Below, one piece after another: positions 1 to 11,981 of a DNA stretch of 64,000 nucleotides. Made by a program: the position numbers and the translations under genes. Position 1 is the stretch's first letter. Every line of letters starts with the position of its first letter. Source of the stretch: Schizochytrium sp. TIO01 (taxonomy: Eukaryota; Protista; Bigyra: Labyrinthulomycetes). The stretch covers positions 3,658,001 through 3,722,000 of the forward strand of contig SMSO01000034.1 of assembly GCA_004764695.1 (NCBI GenBank). The letters run 5' to 3'. Below the pieces are notes generated by a model. That model did not search any database, was not told where the DNA came from, and saw only the letters and a list, made by a program, of their open reading frames with translations.

Positions 1-142
1 CGCTGCGAAAGCAGCAAAGGCTTCGTCATCTTCATCATCTTTGACACCTTGGTCAGAGTTGCTAGATAATGCAGATGCCTTCTTGCTAGGGCGGTTCCCG
101 TAGTCTGAGGCTTCAAAATCGTCCTCCTCGTCCTCGTCCTCG

Positions 143-2050
143 TTATCCTTCTTCTTCTTCTTCTTCTTCTTCTTCTTCTTCTTCTTCATCATCATCATCA
201 TCGTCGTCACCAACCTCTTCACTATCTCCATCGTCCTCCTCTTCTTCCTCCTCGCCATCTTCAGCTTCGCCTGATGTCTCATCTTCAATGTTCTCTTCAT
301 CTTGAGCAGAGGCGCTCTTACCAGTAGTTCCTAGGCCTTTGATAGGTGATTTGCTCGCCACTATACTGTCGAGACTGACCTCAGAAGCGTCAAAGGAGAA
401 CGCGTCATCATCTTCTGAGAAGGTGTCGCTTGTGGTAACTTGTTCATCACCCGTTTCAAGGACATCCGAATTTGAGCTGTCCTCCTCTAACTCCTTGTCG
501 TCGTTCTGTACCACTGCAGGTTTCTTTTTCTCAGATTCCAGCAACCTTTCTTGACTTTGCTTAATCGTCGGCTTAGTTTCCACTTTGACCTCTGATGCGG
601 AAGGCTTGGGCACAGGCTTGGGCTTCTTGGCTTTGGAGCTAATTGCTGGGTCATCGAAAGCAGAAAGCAAATCATCAAGGCTCATATCACCGGGCTTGAC
701 GTCCTCCTCAACCTCACTTGCACCCCCTCCAGACGAATCACCAAATCCTGCGTCGCTATCATCATTGTACATAGAAGAGGACGAAGAAGAGTCTCCACGA
801 AGACCTTTACTTTGGGTTTCTGAAGCCGTTGATCCCTCGGAAAGCATATCCAACGCCTTGGCTGCATCATCTGCAGAGAGACTAGCAGCAGGAACGTTAT
901 CTGTAAGACTCGTAACCTCGGAAATAGCAACGGCTTGCTCATTAGCAAAAAGTTCTGCCATTTTCCAGAAGCCTGCCTCAAGTTCTTTTGCAATGGGAAT
1001 AATCTCTGTTTCGGGCACCTCGAAAATATCTTTGAGGAGCTTCGTCTTGTTACCGCGGGTTTCCACAATGAAAACATTCGGGATGCCCGCTTCAGCATAG
1101 ATCCAATCCACTCCAATACCTGTGTTTGATGCTGAGAACTCCTGTTCACGGGGCCGCCACTTGTAACGCATGTTGTTCACTGAACGCATGGCTTTGGCAA
1201 TGGACTTGCAGTTATCAAGGTTCTTGGATTGGACCACCTCAGATTCACCATTGTAATAGAAAGGAGGAAGGATTGCTCCAGAGCAGCAGTGCACATCAAA
1301 AAATGCATTGATACTCTTCGCGCGGCTCTTGTGCAAAAGCCAATCGCGCACAGCCTTGATCTCTGGCTCACTGAAAGGGTGCTTGCCCTGATACACTTCC
1401 GTGGTGGCCTTGTCGTTGCCAAATCCCCATGATTTATCCTTGACACCCCAGTTGCGGTTCAAGTCAATGCCGTGTACAGCACGCTCGCACTTTGAGCACA
1501 GATTACGCCGATTCTTACGCCACTGGCGAGCTTGCTCATTCTTTGAGGGTGGAAGACGTGTGAACTCATAGCCGTCAGGGTTAAGTACAGGCAGGAAGTG
1601 AACTTGGGTGCTAGCAAGAAGATCCACGCATTTCTGTTCCCCTTCTTCGTGGCATTTTAGAAGCTGCCATGCCGTATAAAGCGTCGCGTAAGGCGTGATC
1701 CATTCACGTCCATGCATGGTTGCCATAAGGAAGAGCTGGTACTTTGGTGTTGAAGAGCCAATCGAAAGCAGCGTTAACTTTCGTTTCTCAGCACTTTTTC
1801 CGATAGATGAAGTGGTGATGAGTTTCGACGATTTGTATGTCTTGTACAAAAGGTCCATAAACTTTTCAAGATCCTTGAATGGTGCCCATTGTTCAAAGAA
1901 GCTTTCCGAGAGCTCTACGCCACCGCTGCTGCTGCTGCTGCTACTCTTGCGTTTCTTGGACGCCGCAGATGCTGGTGTCGGTGAAAGCACTAGCAGGCAG
2001 GCCAATAGGGCGACGAGAGCCGCAAGGGCTACGCCCCGAAGAGCCCTCAT
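143..2050 (-). CDS. Secreted M14 zinc carboxypeptidase with a long acidic C-terminal tail. The apparent stop at 143 is probably a frameshift, and the CDS likely continues past the window start.
   Basis: The first in-frame ATG (2050) starts a signal-peptide-like segment (MRALRGVALAALVALLACLLVLSPTPASA). M14 motifs are intact: HGRE (HxxE zinc ligands), WRKNRR, GIDLNRNW, PFSEPE, DVHCCSG (third zinc His) and FIVETRG (catalytic Glu). The ORF-track extension to 2239 runs into a pyrimidine-rich, intron-like stretch. Confidence 0.88.
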   Translation of the reverse strand: MRALRGVALAALVALLACLLVLSPTPASAASKKRKSSSSSSSGGVELSESFFEQWAPFKDLEKFMDLLYKTYKSSKLITTSSIGKSAEKRKLTLLSIGSSTPKYQLFLMATMHGREWITPYATLYTAWQLLKCHEEGEQKCVDLLASTQVHFLPVLNPDGYEFTRLPPSKNEQARQWRKNRRNLCSKCERAVHGIDLNRNWGVKDKSWGFGNDKATTEVYQGKHPFSEPEIKAVRDWLLHKSRAKSINAFFDVHCCSGAILPPFYYNGESEVVQSKNLDNCKSIAKAMRSVNNMRYKWRPREQEFSASNTGIGVDWIYAEAGIPNVFIVETRGNKTKLLKDIFEVPETEIIPIAKELEAGFWKMAELFANEQAVAISEVTSLTDNVPAASLSADDAAKALDMLSEGSTASETQSKGLRGDSSSSSSMYNDDSDAGFGDSSGGGASEVEEDVKPGDMSLDDLLSAFDDPAISSKAKKPKPVPKPSASEVKVETKPTIKQSQERLLESEKKKPAVVQNDDKELEEDSSNSDVLETGDEQVTTSDTFSEDDDAFSFDASEVSLDSIVASKSPIKGLGTTGKSASAQDEENIEDETSGEAEDGEEEEEEDDGDSEEVGDDDDDDDEEEEEEEEEEEEEG

Positions 2051-2989
2051 AATCGCCAACTTCGACGAAGAGCTTCCCAAGCTCAACTTTAGATCAATCG
2101 AATTGGATTCTGCGCTCAATGAAGTTGAAGAAGACGTGTCTTCATCCTCGTCTCCATCCTGTCTAAAAGAGCAACCAAAAGGCCAAACAAGTAGGAGAAA
2201 AGAAGCAATGAAAACAAACAAAACTTGAAAGGATAACAATTACCTATAGAAAGAAAGAGGGATAAATTGAAAGAAAGAAAGTCACTTCGTTTCTATTCCA
2301 AGTTGTTAATTTGTTTATAATTAAAATAAAAAGAGAAGAAATTATGAATAGACGTCGAACGAAAGACATTTGCACTCCACCTTCACTATTTAAAAGACAC
2401 AGAAGCCACAACGAGGTGGTTAGAACCAAGCACCAATCTACTGCTTTGACAAGGTCATAAGTTCTTATGCATGTTAAACAATAATCTTAGAATTACTGAG
2501 TTCGTACAAATCGGCAGGTATCAGCCTTGTGCAACCTTGCACAAATTAGTTTTTCTTTCTTTCTACAGACTAAGGCTATCGTCTCTTTCCCTCCATTCGT
2601 GCGACATCAGTGGGGACACATGCAGTTAGTAAGGACCCATGAGTTGAACAGGAAGAGACCTTCGTGGAGGCAGGGAGCCGACAAGAAGCAAGACGTAAAG
2701 TAGACAATGGACACGTACAGTAGAGAATAGAGCGTATAGTTCACTTGGGTATGCGGGGATTACAGACTATAAAGCACGGCGAAAGTAGGGTATGCGAAAG
2801 ATGGAGAACTACTCCTCGTAATAGTTAAAACAACACGTAGAAAAGGTCGCGAAGGGAGAACTCACAAACTTAGACTTGTGAGGATGTTGATGATAATCTT
2901 GGGAACTGCGCATTCTCCTTGGCGGCGTTCGTGTTCTTCGGTGCAGACAGAAGCGAGCTACAATCACAGCTACTGCCGTCGGTATATCG

Positions 2990-3679
2990 GTAAGTCCAAT
3001 CCGATTTCTGCCGCCAATTCGTTACTTGTTTGTATGTTTTTCAATAATAATAAAAAGAATGATACTATACGTATGAAAGGAGAAAAAGAGTCCCATCATT
3101 ACTACTACTAGTCTCTTTCATCATTATAAACTGACCTTGTAAACCGTGGGGCGACGTTTCTGCTGCGCAAAAGAGTTGCCGTTCTCAAGTTTCTTCGCCT
3201 GATGCATCTTTTGGCTCTTCCCCGTAGTCTAAGCCTAGCCCCCCCACCACTTAGAAACAGTCGTGGCAAACCCAAACAAAGTATTACAGTGTTTGATTGT
3301 TTTTCATTTCAGAAATTTAATTTTAAAGTTAATAGCAGAGAGAGAGACAGAAAGAAAGACGATGGCGCGTCTTTCTCTCCTGGGCACCATAAATAAATAC
3401 ATACAATACATGTTCATGCCGGCGTCTCTTTGCTCGACCATTCCTTGGGCTTCGGATTGTATCGAAATGTGCTTTGCGTATTCGCTTGCCTGCTCACTAG
3501 ACTATTCCAGAGCTGATTCATTTGTTGTGTTGTTGGCTCCACGACTGACCATTGTTGAATATGAAGGATGATTTTCTGATTCGACTTCTGAGTTCTCTCT
3601 TTCAAGAACAGTTGTTTGATATATAAAGAGTGTGATATTACAGATATGGACAAATTGATCGATTTCGTTCAATCGTTAG
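2990..3679 (+). other. Putative 5' leader intron of the downstream M14-like gene
   Basis: G|GTAAGT donor at 2990, an AT-rich interior, and a TAG acceptor ending at 3679 just before the GC-rich run into ATG 3735. The acceptor choice is uncertain. Confidence 0.4.
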
Positions 3680-3734
3680 TCACCCAATTGCCGGCTTCTG
3701 TGCCTTGTCGCCTCGACGCTCACTTCCCGGCGCC

Positions 3735-6119
3735 ATGCTCATGCGCAACACGCGCGGGGGGCGCGCCTCCCGCCAGCGCGAGGATGACTGGCGCCGCCTG
3801 CAGGCAGAGAACAGCAAGGAGCGTCGCAAGGTCTCACTTGTCACTCGCAAGCTCAAGATCGGCCTTTGCGCCGCTCTCCTGGCGGTGATTATGCTCATCG
3901 CCACCGTCTTCCCAGGCTCGCTTCCGTTTAGCGGGCAGCAACTTGATGTTGACGCCTCTTCGAATCCCGCCTCGCTCTCCTCTACAGTATCGGCACCTGT
4001 CGTTACCTCAGGATCAGGTCCCGTGAGTGCAGGCATTTCGCTTGATCACATCGGCGAGCTGCAGCTGCGGAACCCCTCCCACAAGCTGTGCGGGGGCGCA
4101 GCTCTTTACTTTATCGAGTCTAGGTCGAAGCTCTCAGACCTTTCCAAGCCCTTGCAGCTCGGCACTGTCGTCGCTCACGTACAAGAGGCTTCTGAGGAGG
4201 ACTGCTGCAACGCTTGCGCGGCTAGTGACTGCCATGCCTTCAGGTACCAGGCGCCCTCTTCGTGCTCTTTCCTCACTGTCGATAACATTGCTCAACAACT
4301 TGCACAGCAAGCTGCCCAAGAATCTAAATGGCGTGATGAGAGCAGGCTCAGGGGTGAAAATTCTGTCCAGACGCAGGCTCCAATTAATAAACATGATGAA
4401 CCCGCAGATGAGGTCGAAGAATTAGCAGAACCGCTCACAAGCTCAGAGTCTGAGAGATTGCAGTTTGGAGAGATAGATGCACTGGCATCAGATACGAATG
4501 GAGACGAGGATGAAGTAACAGCAGTTGACGAAGATGAGGATGAGAATACTGAAGATCAGGATGCTGAGGAGACAAATGACGAAGAAGAGACCGAAGAGGA
4601 AGAAGTAGTTGAGGAGGAGGATGAGGGAGGAGAAGACGAATCAACCTCCGAGGATGAGGGTGAAGAGGATATGGAGGAGGAAAGTAGTGGAGAAACTGAA
4701 GAAGACAGCGACCTTGCGGCACTCTTTTCCGGCCTTGGAGGCAATAATGAAGACACGTCTGAGGAAGATGACCTCTTCAAGGACTTGGAGGCTTTTGATG
4801 GCGGGGATGACTTCTTCAGTTTGGAGTCGGCAGACTCTAGCTCAAAGGATGCTAACCTTTTAGAGCAGCTCATGTCTGAGGCTGAAAACCGCATTAACCC
4901 TAAGCCCAAGAGCACCGAAGAGATTGAGGCAGCTCGTATTGCAGAACTCCGTGAAAGTCTTCGCGAGCGTCAGCTTGAGCCTGACAAGCTGGAGGAGCTC
5001 GCTAAAAAGGGCTTGCGAGATATTCTTCCCCCTGGTGATTATAACCGTCTCACTGCCCGGGACCCGATCTATGGCAAACACAAGAGCGTTTTTCTTCGTT
5101 ACCGCTCCCAACGCGAGATTTTGGCTGTGGCTAAGGACCTTGCTGACCACTACAAGGATGTTGAACTGGTTGAAATTGGCGACAACGCAGATCGCAAGAA
5201 GCCTTTACCTATCATGAGCCTTCGTGTAGGCAATGGTCGTCGCGGAAAGCATGTTTTTGTTCTCGGTACTCTCCGTGGTTGTGAGTGGACCTCCTCGATG
5301 GGTATTCTGCACACTGCGATGGCCATCAAGGGCCGTGGAGAGTCTACAAAGGCTTTGCTGGATGCTGTTCAGTTTCACTTTGTCATGATCTCTAATCCAA
5401 CTGGTTTTGATTACTCCCACCTTCATACCCCGAGTAGTGCACGCTCATGGTGCAAGAACCGTCGGGTTGCGGTTTCTGGCTCGCACGGTGTTGATTTGGA
5501 GCACAACTGGGGTCTGGACGGCGTTTCATGGGGCTTCGGTAAGCGAATGAAAGAGGGTGCCAAGTTGGAAAGTTTTCAGGGCCCTGCCAACTTCTCTGAG
5601 CCTGAGACACAAGCGCTAAGAAACTACATGGCGCATTACGCAACCGGGCGTGGGCGTGTGGCTGTCATTCAGGTCAAGTGCTGTTCTGGTGTAATCACAC
5701 CGCCACAAATCTACAGGGCCTTTGAAAAGCCAATTGACATCAATCTGATCGCAGGGCGTCTTGCTATTCAGATGGAACGCACTGACGGAACCAAGTACAC
5801 TGTCACTGCTCGTGAGACTGAGTTCCACCCCAAGAACCAGGGCCAATTGATCGACTATACATATAATGAGCTACAAGCTGAGCTATCATTGATGGTCGAC
5901 GTCAAAGCTAGTGCTTTAAGTACTCGCCAGGATGCAACGAAGATTGCTATAGAGCCTTTTCAGACACTTTTGCGTGAGCTAGAGACAGCGTCTATTTTTG
6001 TTGCCCAGAAGCTGCTGCGTGTTCCCATCCGAGGTGCGGCTGTTAACGTGCCGTTTACCAAGAAGCCCACGGATCCTTACCCAACTGTGCAGGGTGGCAA
6101 GCGTAAGCGCAAGAAGTAA
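3735..6119 (+). CDS. Type II membrane protein: TM anchor, PAN/apple-like Cys domain, acidic linker, then a degenerate (inactive) M14 carboxypeptidase domain
   Basis: TM segment IGLCAALLAVIMLIATVF. PAN-like pattern SEEDCCNACAASDCHAFRY...CSFL. The M14 scaffold is recognisable (ISNPTGFDYS, CKNRR, GVDLEHNW, NFSEPETQALR), but the key residues are substituted: RGCE for HxxE, VKCCSG for the third His, and MVDVK for the catalytic Glu. Confidence 0.82.
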   Translation: MLMRNTRGGRASRQREDDWRRLQAENSKERRKVSLVTRKLKIGLCAALLAVIMLIATVFPGSLPFSGQQLDVDASSNPASLSSTVSAPVVTSGSGPVSAGISLDHIGELQLRNPSHKLCGGAALYFIESRSKLSDLSKPLQLGTVVAHVQEASEEDCCNACAASDCHAFRYQAPSSCSFLTVDNIAQQLAQQAAQESKWRDESRLRGENSVQTQAPINKHDEPADEVEELAEPLTSSESERLQFGEIDALASDTNGDEDEVTAVDEDEDENTEDQDAEETNDEEETEEEEVVEEEDEGGEDESTSEDEGEEDMEEESSGETEEDSDLAALFSGLGGNNEDTSEEDDLFKDLEAFDGGDDFFSLESADSSSKDANLLEQLMSEAENRINPKPKSTEEIEAARIAELRESLRERQLEPDKLEELAKKGLRDILPPGDYNRLTARDPIYGKHKSVFLRYRSQREILAVAKDLADHYKDVELVEIGDNADRKKPLPIMSLRVGNGRRGKHVFVLGTLRGCEWTSSMGILHTAMAIKGRGESTKALLDAVQFHFVMISNPTGFDYSHLHTPSSARSWCKNRRVAVSGSHGVDLEHNWGLDGVSWGFGKRMKEGAKLESFQGPANFSEPETQALRNYMAHYATGRGRVAVIQVKCCSGVITPPQIYRAFEKPIDINLIAGRLAIQMERTDGTKYTVTARETEFHPKNQGQLIDYTYNELQAELSLMVDVKASALSTRQDATKIAIEPFQTLLRELETASIFVAQKLLRVPIRGAAVNVPFTKKPTDPYPTVQGGKRKRKK

Positions 6120-6868
6120 ATCAAACAGAGCATTTGTTCAATACTCGCGAAACGTAGAAACACCAAGCTGTTTGCCCATAAAACAGCAGTTGTAGCGCTC
6201 AAAAAGAGTCACTACATCTGGAGAAATCTTCTCTTCTCTCGCCAACCCCTCTTTTCTATGATTTCAAGGTCATCTTTACTAATGATCCAAGCATTTTTTT
6301 TGCAAGAGGAGAGGTGCTCTTCTCATTCTCTACAGACAGATGCCGCAAGAAACCTGAAGATGCAAAGATCAAGAGAAAATCCAAAATTAGAAACACATAT
6401 TATCTGACTGAGAAGCAAGGTGATGATTCATCGTCCTCGTCCATTGCATCCCGTTCGCAAGACATCAAATTGCAGGCGTCCAACGTTTTGTTGATACATA
6501 GACCAATAATAATGTAATGTTGGGCACCTACAGCTTTTTAATTTGTCAACTGTGCGAAAGCCTCATGATGCTTGCTATGAAGATAATTTCTTATTAAAAT
6601 TACTTGCCTCCTGCCTTTCTATGTTTTGTTGGATTACCAGATAGTAGGTACAACATACATTTTTAAAAAAATAGCAACAATTAAAAATAATAAAAAGGTC
6701 AAGAACTAAATTTGATTTTCCCGAGCTCGCAAAGATGGTCGCGAAGCATGTAGAAGATACCATTGGTGTGGTATAGCAAGGTGCAAGGAAAGAGAGGTAA
6801 TCAGAATATATAAAAGAGTAATACAATTCATAACAACAGAATTAAAAGCTATTTTAAGATATCTTGCT

Positions 6869-9800
6869 CTACTGATTCTTCTTAACAGTAGAAGCGCTTT
6901 CACTGGTCTTAGCTTGCTCACGAGCTCCAGTTGCTGCACGGTTAGCAGCATCTTCATCTTCCTTAATTTCATCAAGCGGCTGCTTTTTGCGAGCAAATGG
7001 AAGAAACTTTTGCAGATCAAACCGCTGAGCCGAAGTTTCATAGGCATCGTTATCATCATTCTCATCGTCTTCGTAATCATCGTTGTTAAAAGGCTCTTCC
7101 GTGCGAGGTGCGGCAGGAGCACTTGCACTGGTTGAGTTACTCTTGTGCACGCGGCCAATACGACGCAATCCAGAACGGACATCTTCACCAAAAGTGGAAA
7201 AGTCATAATCAAAGGCGGGTGCCATTTTCTGAAACGCCGATGACTGCGAAAGAGCAGACTGAGCGCGGTGTGCCATAGCATGTTGACGGTAATCTCCAAC
7301 ACTAGACTCTTCTGAAGTTCGTGTCTTGAGAAATGGAGAAGAGACTGGGGCAGACAAGCTACGCTCAACTTTATCATATTGAGAATCGGTGCCCGAATTT
7401 GCCAAATCTTTTGCTCGCTTATTTCCTTCACGCTTTTCGACAGCCTGAGAAATTCGTTGAACTCCAACTGAGAAAGGGAGCGCTGTGAGACGACCAAACT
7501 CCTCAAGCACACGGATGGCATCCTGATGAGAGTGGCGTGCATGCTTATTACCCTTGAAGTATCCACGATCAAGCTCTTGAAGAACTTGGCCCGGGTGTGG
7601 GAAGAACTCCTTGCTAATGGTACGAACAGTGATATCGAGAACAATTACAGAGAGAACGCAAAGAACAACCGAGGTCCAAAGCATATTTGCGCCAGCCTCA
7701 GCGGTATAGATAATCGACGGGGTAGATACCGATGCCATAACGATAAAGAAGCATGCTAGATCAAGCACGAAGACAAGAACTGTGATGTTTGTGAAAGTAG
7801 AACCAATTAAAGCCTGGCGAGTGTATAACACCATGATAAGACCGAGGTACATACCAGAACCAAGAGTTTCGAGAGGGACACTAACTGGGAGTACACAGAA
7901 GAGGAAACCATACAGAAGGACAATATGCACAGCAGAGCGAAGAACAAGCTGCATGAGACTCGTGTAATTCAGATCACTCGAATTCACGCCAACACCGTAA
8001 ACCCAAGGGTTGCGCAGAATCGTCTCTGGGGTAAGGTCACGATCAAACCAACCATGAGCCACCTCGCAGACGTTAGCAAAGTAGGCAAAAAACGATGTAA
8101 AAATGGTCTCGTAGAAAATCTGCTCACCACTCCACAAACTAAAAGGAAGGTACATGAACAAAAGCCCGGTATAAATAACCCATGAGTACACAACGTAGTT
8201 GATGACGTTTGCCTGCCGGCGGTAGGTCCAGCGGCCATGCACAAGCATGAGTCGAACAAGGTAGCGAAACTGACCAATAGCAAAATCACTACTATTCACG
8301 GCCTGTCGACCCTCCATACCAGAGATGCCTACACCGACATGAGCAGCCTGAATCATAGGTACATCGTTTGCACCATCACCAATGGCCAGCGTAACAGGCG
8401 GTCGCTGTAAGCTTTTGACGTCAGGAGCGAAACGAACCATTTCAACAATGAGAGATTTCTGTGCAGGGCTGACACGGCAAGCAAGTACAACCTTGCAAGC
8501 ACGAGCAACACGAAGAAGCTTTTCTTCAAGCTGAACATTTCCCTTTTGTTTGTGAAGCAAGAGTTCCAAAGATACACCACTGACTACGAGAGCAACATGA
8601 GCCTGAAACTCCGAGTTGGTCGAAGATGCATGCAAAAGATTGTGGCAAAATTTGCGAAAGCTGATAAATGGTGCAGCAAAGCCGCGGAGAAAAGTTGCGC
8701 ATCTGCTAGCTCCTGCGTTGTTTTCAGCATTCGTAGCTCCCTGTTTCTCACTGTTGAAGTGATTTTTAATTGCCTTGGACTCTTCATAACGGTCCCATTG
8801 CATATCCACACCTTGTGTAGCATGCTGGAGAACCTCAAGAATTTCATCAAGCTGTTCCTCAAGGCGAACCACGTCGTCTGATATGAGTTTCAACTGAAGC
8901 ATTTTTGAGTCCAAAAGATTACTAGACAAACCAATGTTGATGGCGGTCTCAACCTTGTCACCTGTGAGCACCCAGACTTGGCAGCCAGCATCACGCAAGG
9001 TTCGAATTGACTCAGGTACACCAAGTTGAAGCTGGTCCTCGATAGCACTGGCACCAACTAGCATGACATTGTTTTCAACAAGCTCAGCGGCTTTGGCCAG
9101 CGCAGCTCCACGTTCGCCACTTTTGGCGACGAGTGCAGCTTTGTATGTACGATGCCAATCTTCGTATTCATCTGGGGTAAGCTCACGTTTGCCCATAACC
9201 AGGGTTCGAAGACCATTCCACGAGTAAGCAGTGAGCGCATCATTAAGCTCTTTGACCTTTGCATCCTGACCTGCTGCCAGGCGCTCAAGCATCTTGTTGT
9301 CAGCACCCTTCATCATCAAAACAATGGAATTGTCACTTGTACGATTGAGAACAAGTGACATACGCTTACGGGAGCTGTTGAAAGGGTTAACAGCAAGCAC
9401 CTTGTATTCATCCTCCCCATGGGGAGTCTTGATTACAATACGGCCGTCTGAGGTTGACTGTAGGTCCACACCACATATTCCAGCAGCCTTTACAAAAGCT
9501 TCCTCATCGGGACTCTCGGCATTAAGTACGGGGTTTCCGTTTTCATCAAAATCAAGCACCACAGTGTGGCAAACGGCGAGCATGACAAAAAAGTCCATCA
9601 AAGCACGATGCTCATCTGTAGTTTGTTCCTCCTTAAGCATTTGAATTGCGCCCTCAAATACTTCAAGAACATCAATCGACTTAAGTGATGCCTCGGAGCC
9701 ACTATCACTGTCAAGGTCACTGCCGTCATCAAAGCCTCCCGATGGAGCACCAATCTCAAGATCGGCGAAGTGATCATCACTACTGACCTGTTTTAGATTC

Positions 9801-11981
9801 GGGTTCATTCATTGTGACATCCTCAGGGCCATTTTCTTGACTTTCCGCAGCTTCCTCCAGGACTGATTCCAGCGCCTTTTTGTCATCGGCATTAAAGGAT
9901 TTGGGTGCTGCAGGGTCGTCCGAGCCTTTGGCGGCATCATCCATTTCACTCTGATCAGGAGGTGGGGGTTGATGACCATACATGTTGCCATCAACCCAGC
10001 AGCCGACCATCTTCATTTGGTTGCGCGTGAGAGTTCCTGTTTTGTCGCTGAAAACGTGTGTAATTTGTCCGATTTCAGCAACCAGATTACTTGTACGACA
10101 GCTTGCGGCGGTATCCGATTCCTCGTGGTACATTTGAATATCCCACATGATCATGGCCTGAGCATAAAAGTTGAGAATTTCAACAATAATGATGATGGGG
10201 ATGGGGATCATGTTTGAGAGCAGAATTAAGTAAGTAAACAGGTAAGCGAGAGGTCCAGGAGTATTGAAGATCTCTGTCGAACTAGTGTTCTGAAAATACC
10301 AAAAGTCCGCTGTGTCTTGTACGTCGGTAAAGAGAATGACATCTGCGACAATAATGAGAATGCACATAAGAACCGTGACAATGAGAAGAATGCGGTTCAT
10401 AAAGAGATCAATGCGACCGAACTTGGCCGGAGAAGCTCTGCGCGACAAGGCGAGCTTGGTTTCTGGACCGGCATATGCGACAAGTCCAATGATCCACTTG
10501 GTATTACGCAGTTGCGATCCACGAAGAATGAGGTTCTTAAAATCAAGCGACTGCTTGTCACCATCGGAATCTGCTTGACCAGACTGATTCAGCTTTGAGC
10601 GCGGCACAAAGGTGGCATTGAACTGCATGAACACATTGGGCTGCTCATACTCGTACAAGCCAGTGGCAATGGTTGGAATAATTCTTGCGAGTCTTTCTTT
10701 TTCATGTGTCTGGTACTCGGGGGCACTCATGTAGCTTGACATGCGCTTACTGAGCAGCCGCGATGACTTTAGCGATTCAGCCACCTCAGTGTTCTGGAGC
10801 AGCGAAGCAGTCATGTATTTGGGGACCTCCTTCATCTTTAGGTTGGTTTCGCCATCGATACCACTTGTCTCGATGTAGCAAGTGGAACCCTTTTGGTCTG
10901 CACCATATGATGCCAAAAGAATCATATCTGCTGGTACAGATTCACGATCATTAACAACGACAAGGTCTCCAGGGAGGAGTTTACCCCAATTGGTCTCTTC
11001 GAGTTCGCCGTTCCGGATTCGAGCTACGGCACGGTTGTTTGTCTCACGATCACCACGATGGCGACGAAGGTCATCCATACCTTCAAAAATGAGTGCTACA
11101 CCAACGACGATGATAAGCAATGCGATAATGGTCACGGGGTTGAAAGAAACTGTCCACAGGTTATCACCATAGTAACCAACTAAGGCAATGATGGCGATGA
11201 AGAGATAGAACGCATTGGTAAAACGTAGAAACTGATATCCTGCAGCTTGCGGGACAAATGTCCATATGTTGTATTTGGCGGTGTGCGTAGTGTTCGACGT
11301 CCGGGACATGCTTCCATTCTTGGCTTGGCTCTTCACGAAACTTGTGGTGAAGGGGACACGGAGCTGGATCAGCTCGACCTTCTCACCCTTGCCTGGTTGC
11401 GGGACCTTCTTGCTGAAGGTGAATCCGATGATTCGTAGCCAACGAGCCCATGGGTCGAGTGTATCCTCTGTGGCCTGGTCCTCTTCGTCCTTCCGCACCT
11501 CCTCCATGGGCGTGGGTTCTACGCGGAAATTCATGAGTTCTGGATCCACCATATTCGACAGTGATGATTTGTTCTTTGAATGGCCAGGCTTCTTACTGTT
11601 GGCTGCGCTGTTGTAGGTATCTCCAAGTGAGGGTCTCACGGAATCACGTTTTTCGGATTCCACAGTTGCTGAGCTGCTGGTTTCCGCAGCCTCCTCATGC
11701 TGGCCATCATGATCTCCACTGGCACCTGTCGAGGCCACTGAGACGTCTTCATCAGAGGCGCTATTGTTCCTCATGTTGCCATTTCCATCGCCGTTGTTAT
11801 TAAAGTTATTGTTGTTGTTGCTAATACCGTCATTATTATTGGTGCTGTTCAACGTGTTCAAGGGGTCCGTAGCGCCACCGGCACCATCCGCATCAGCTCC
11901 GTACGCTGGATCAGGGCGCCCGCTGCCCGAATTTACGTTGTTTGTTGCATCAGGGGCATTTCTGCCCTGCCGTCCTGACAT
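6869..11981 (-). CDS. P4-ATPase phospholipid flippase, split over two ORFs (9780-11981 and 6869-9808) by a frame break near 9783-9812
   Basis: The N-half has TAKYNIWTF, DGETNLK, LILRGSQLRNT and the phosphorylation motif FSDKTGTLT. The C-half has LAVCHTV, AESPDEEA, FNSSRKRMS, IEDQLQ, LTGDKVETAINIG, CRVSPAQK, IGDGANDVPMIQ and the C-terminal TM helices. The two halves are complementary parts of one enzyme. First in-frame ATG is at 11981. Confidence 0.93.

Noticed and set aside
6706-7644. 312-aa alternative-frame ORF inside the flippase 3' end
   Set aside because: It overlaps a well-supported CDS on the same strand and has no recognisable features.
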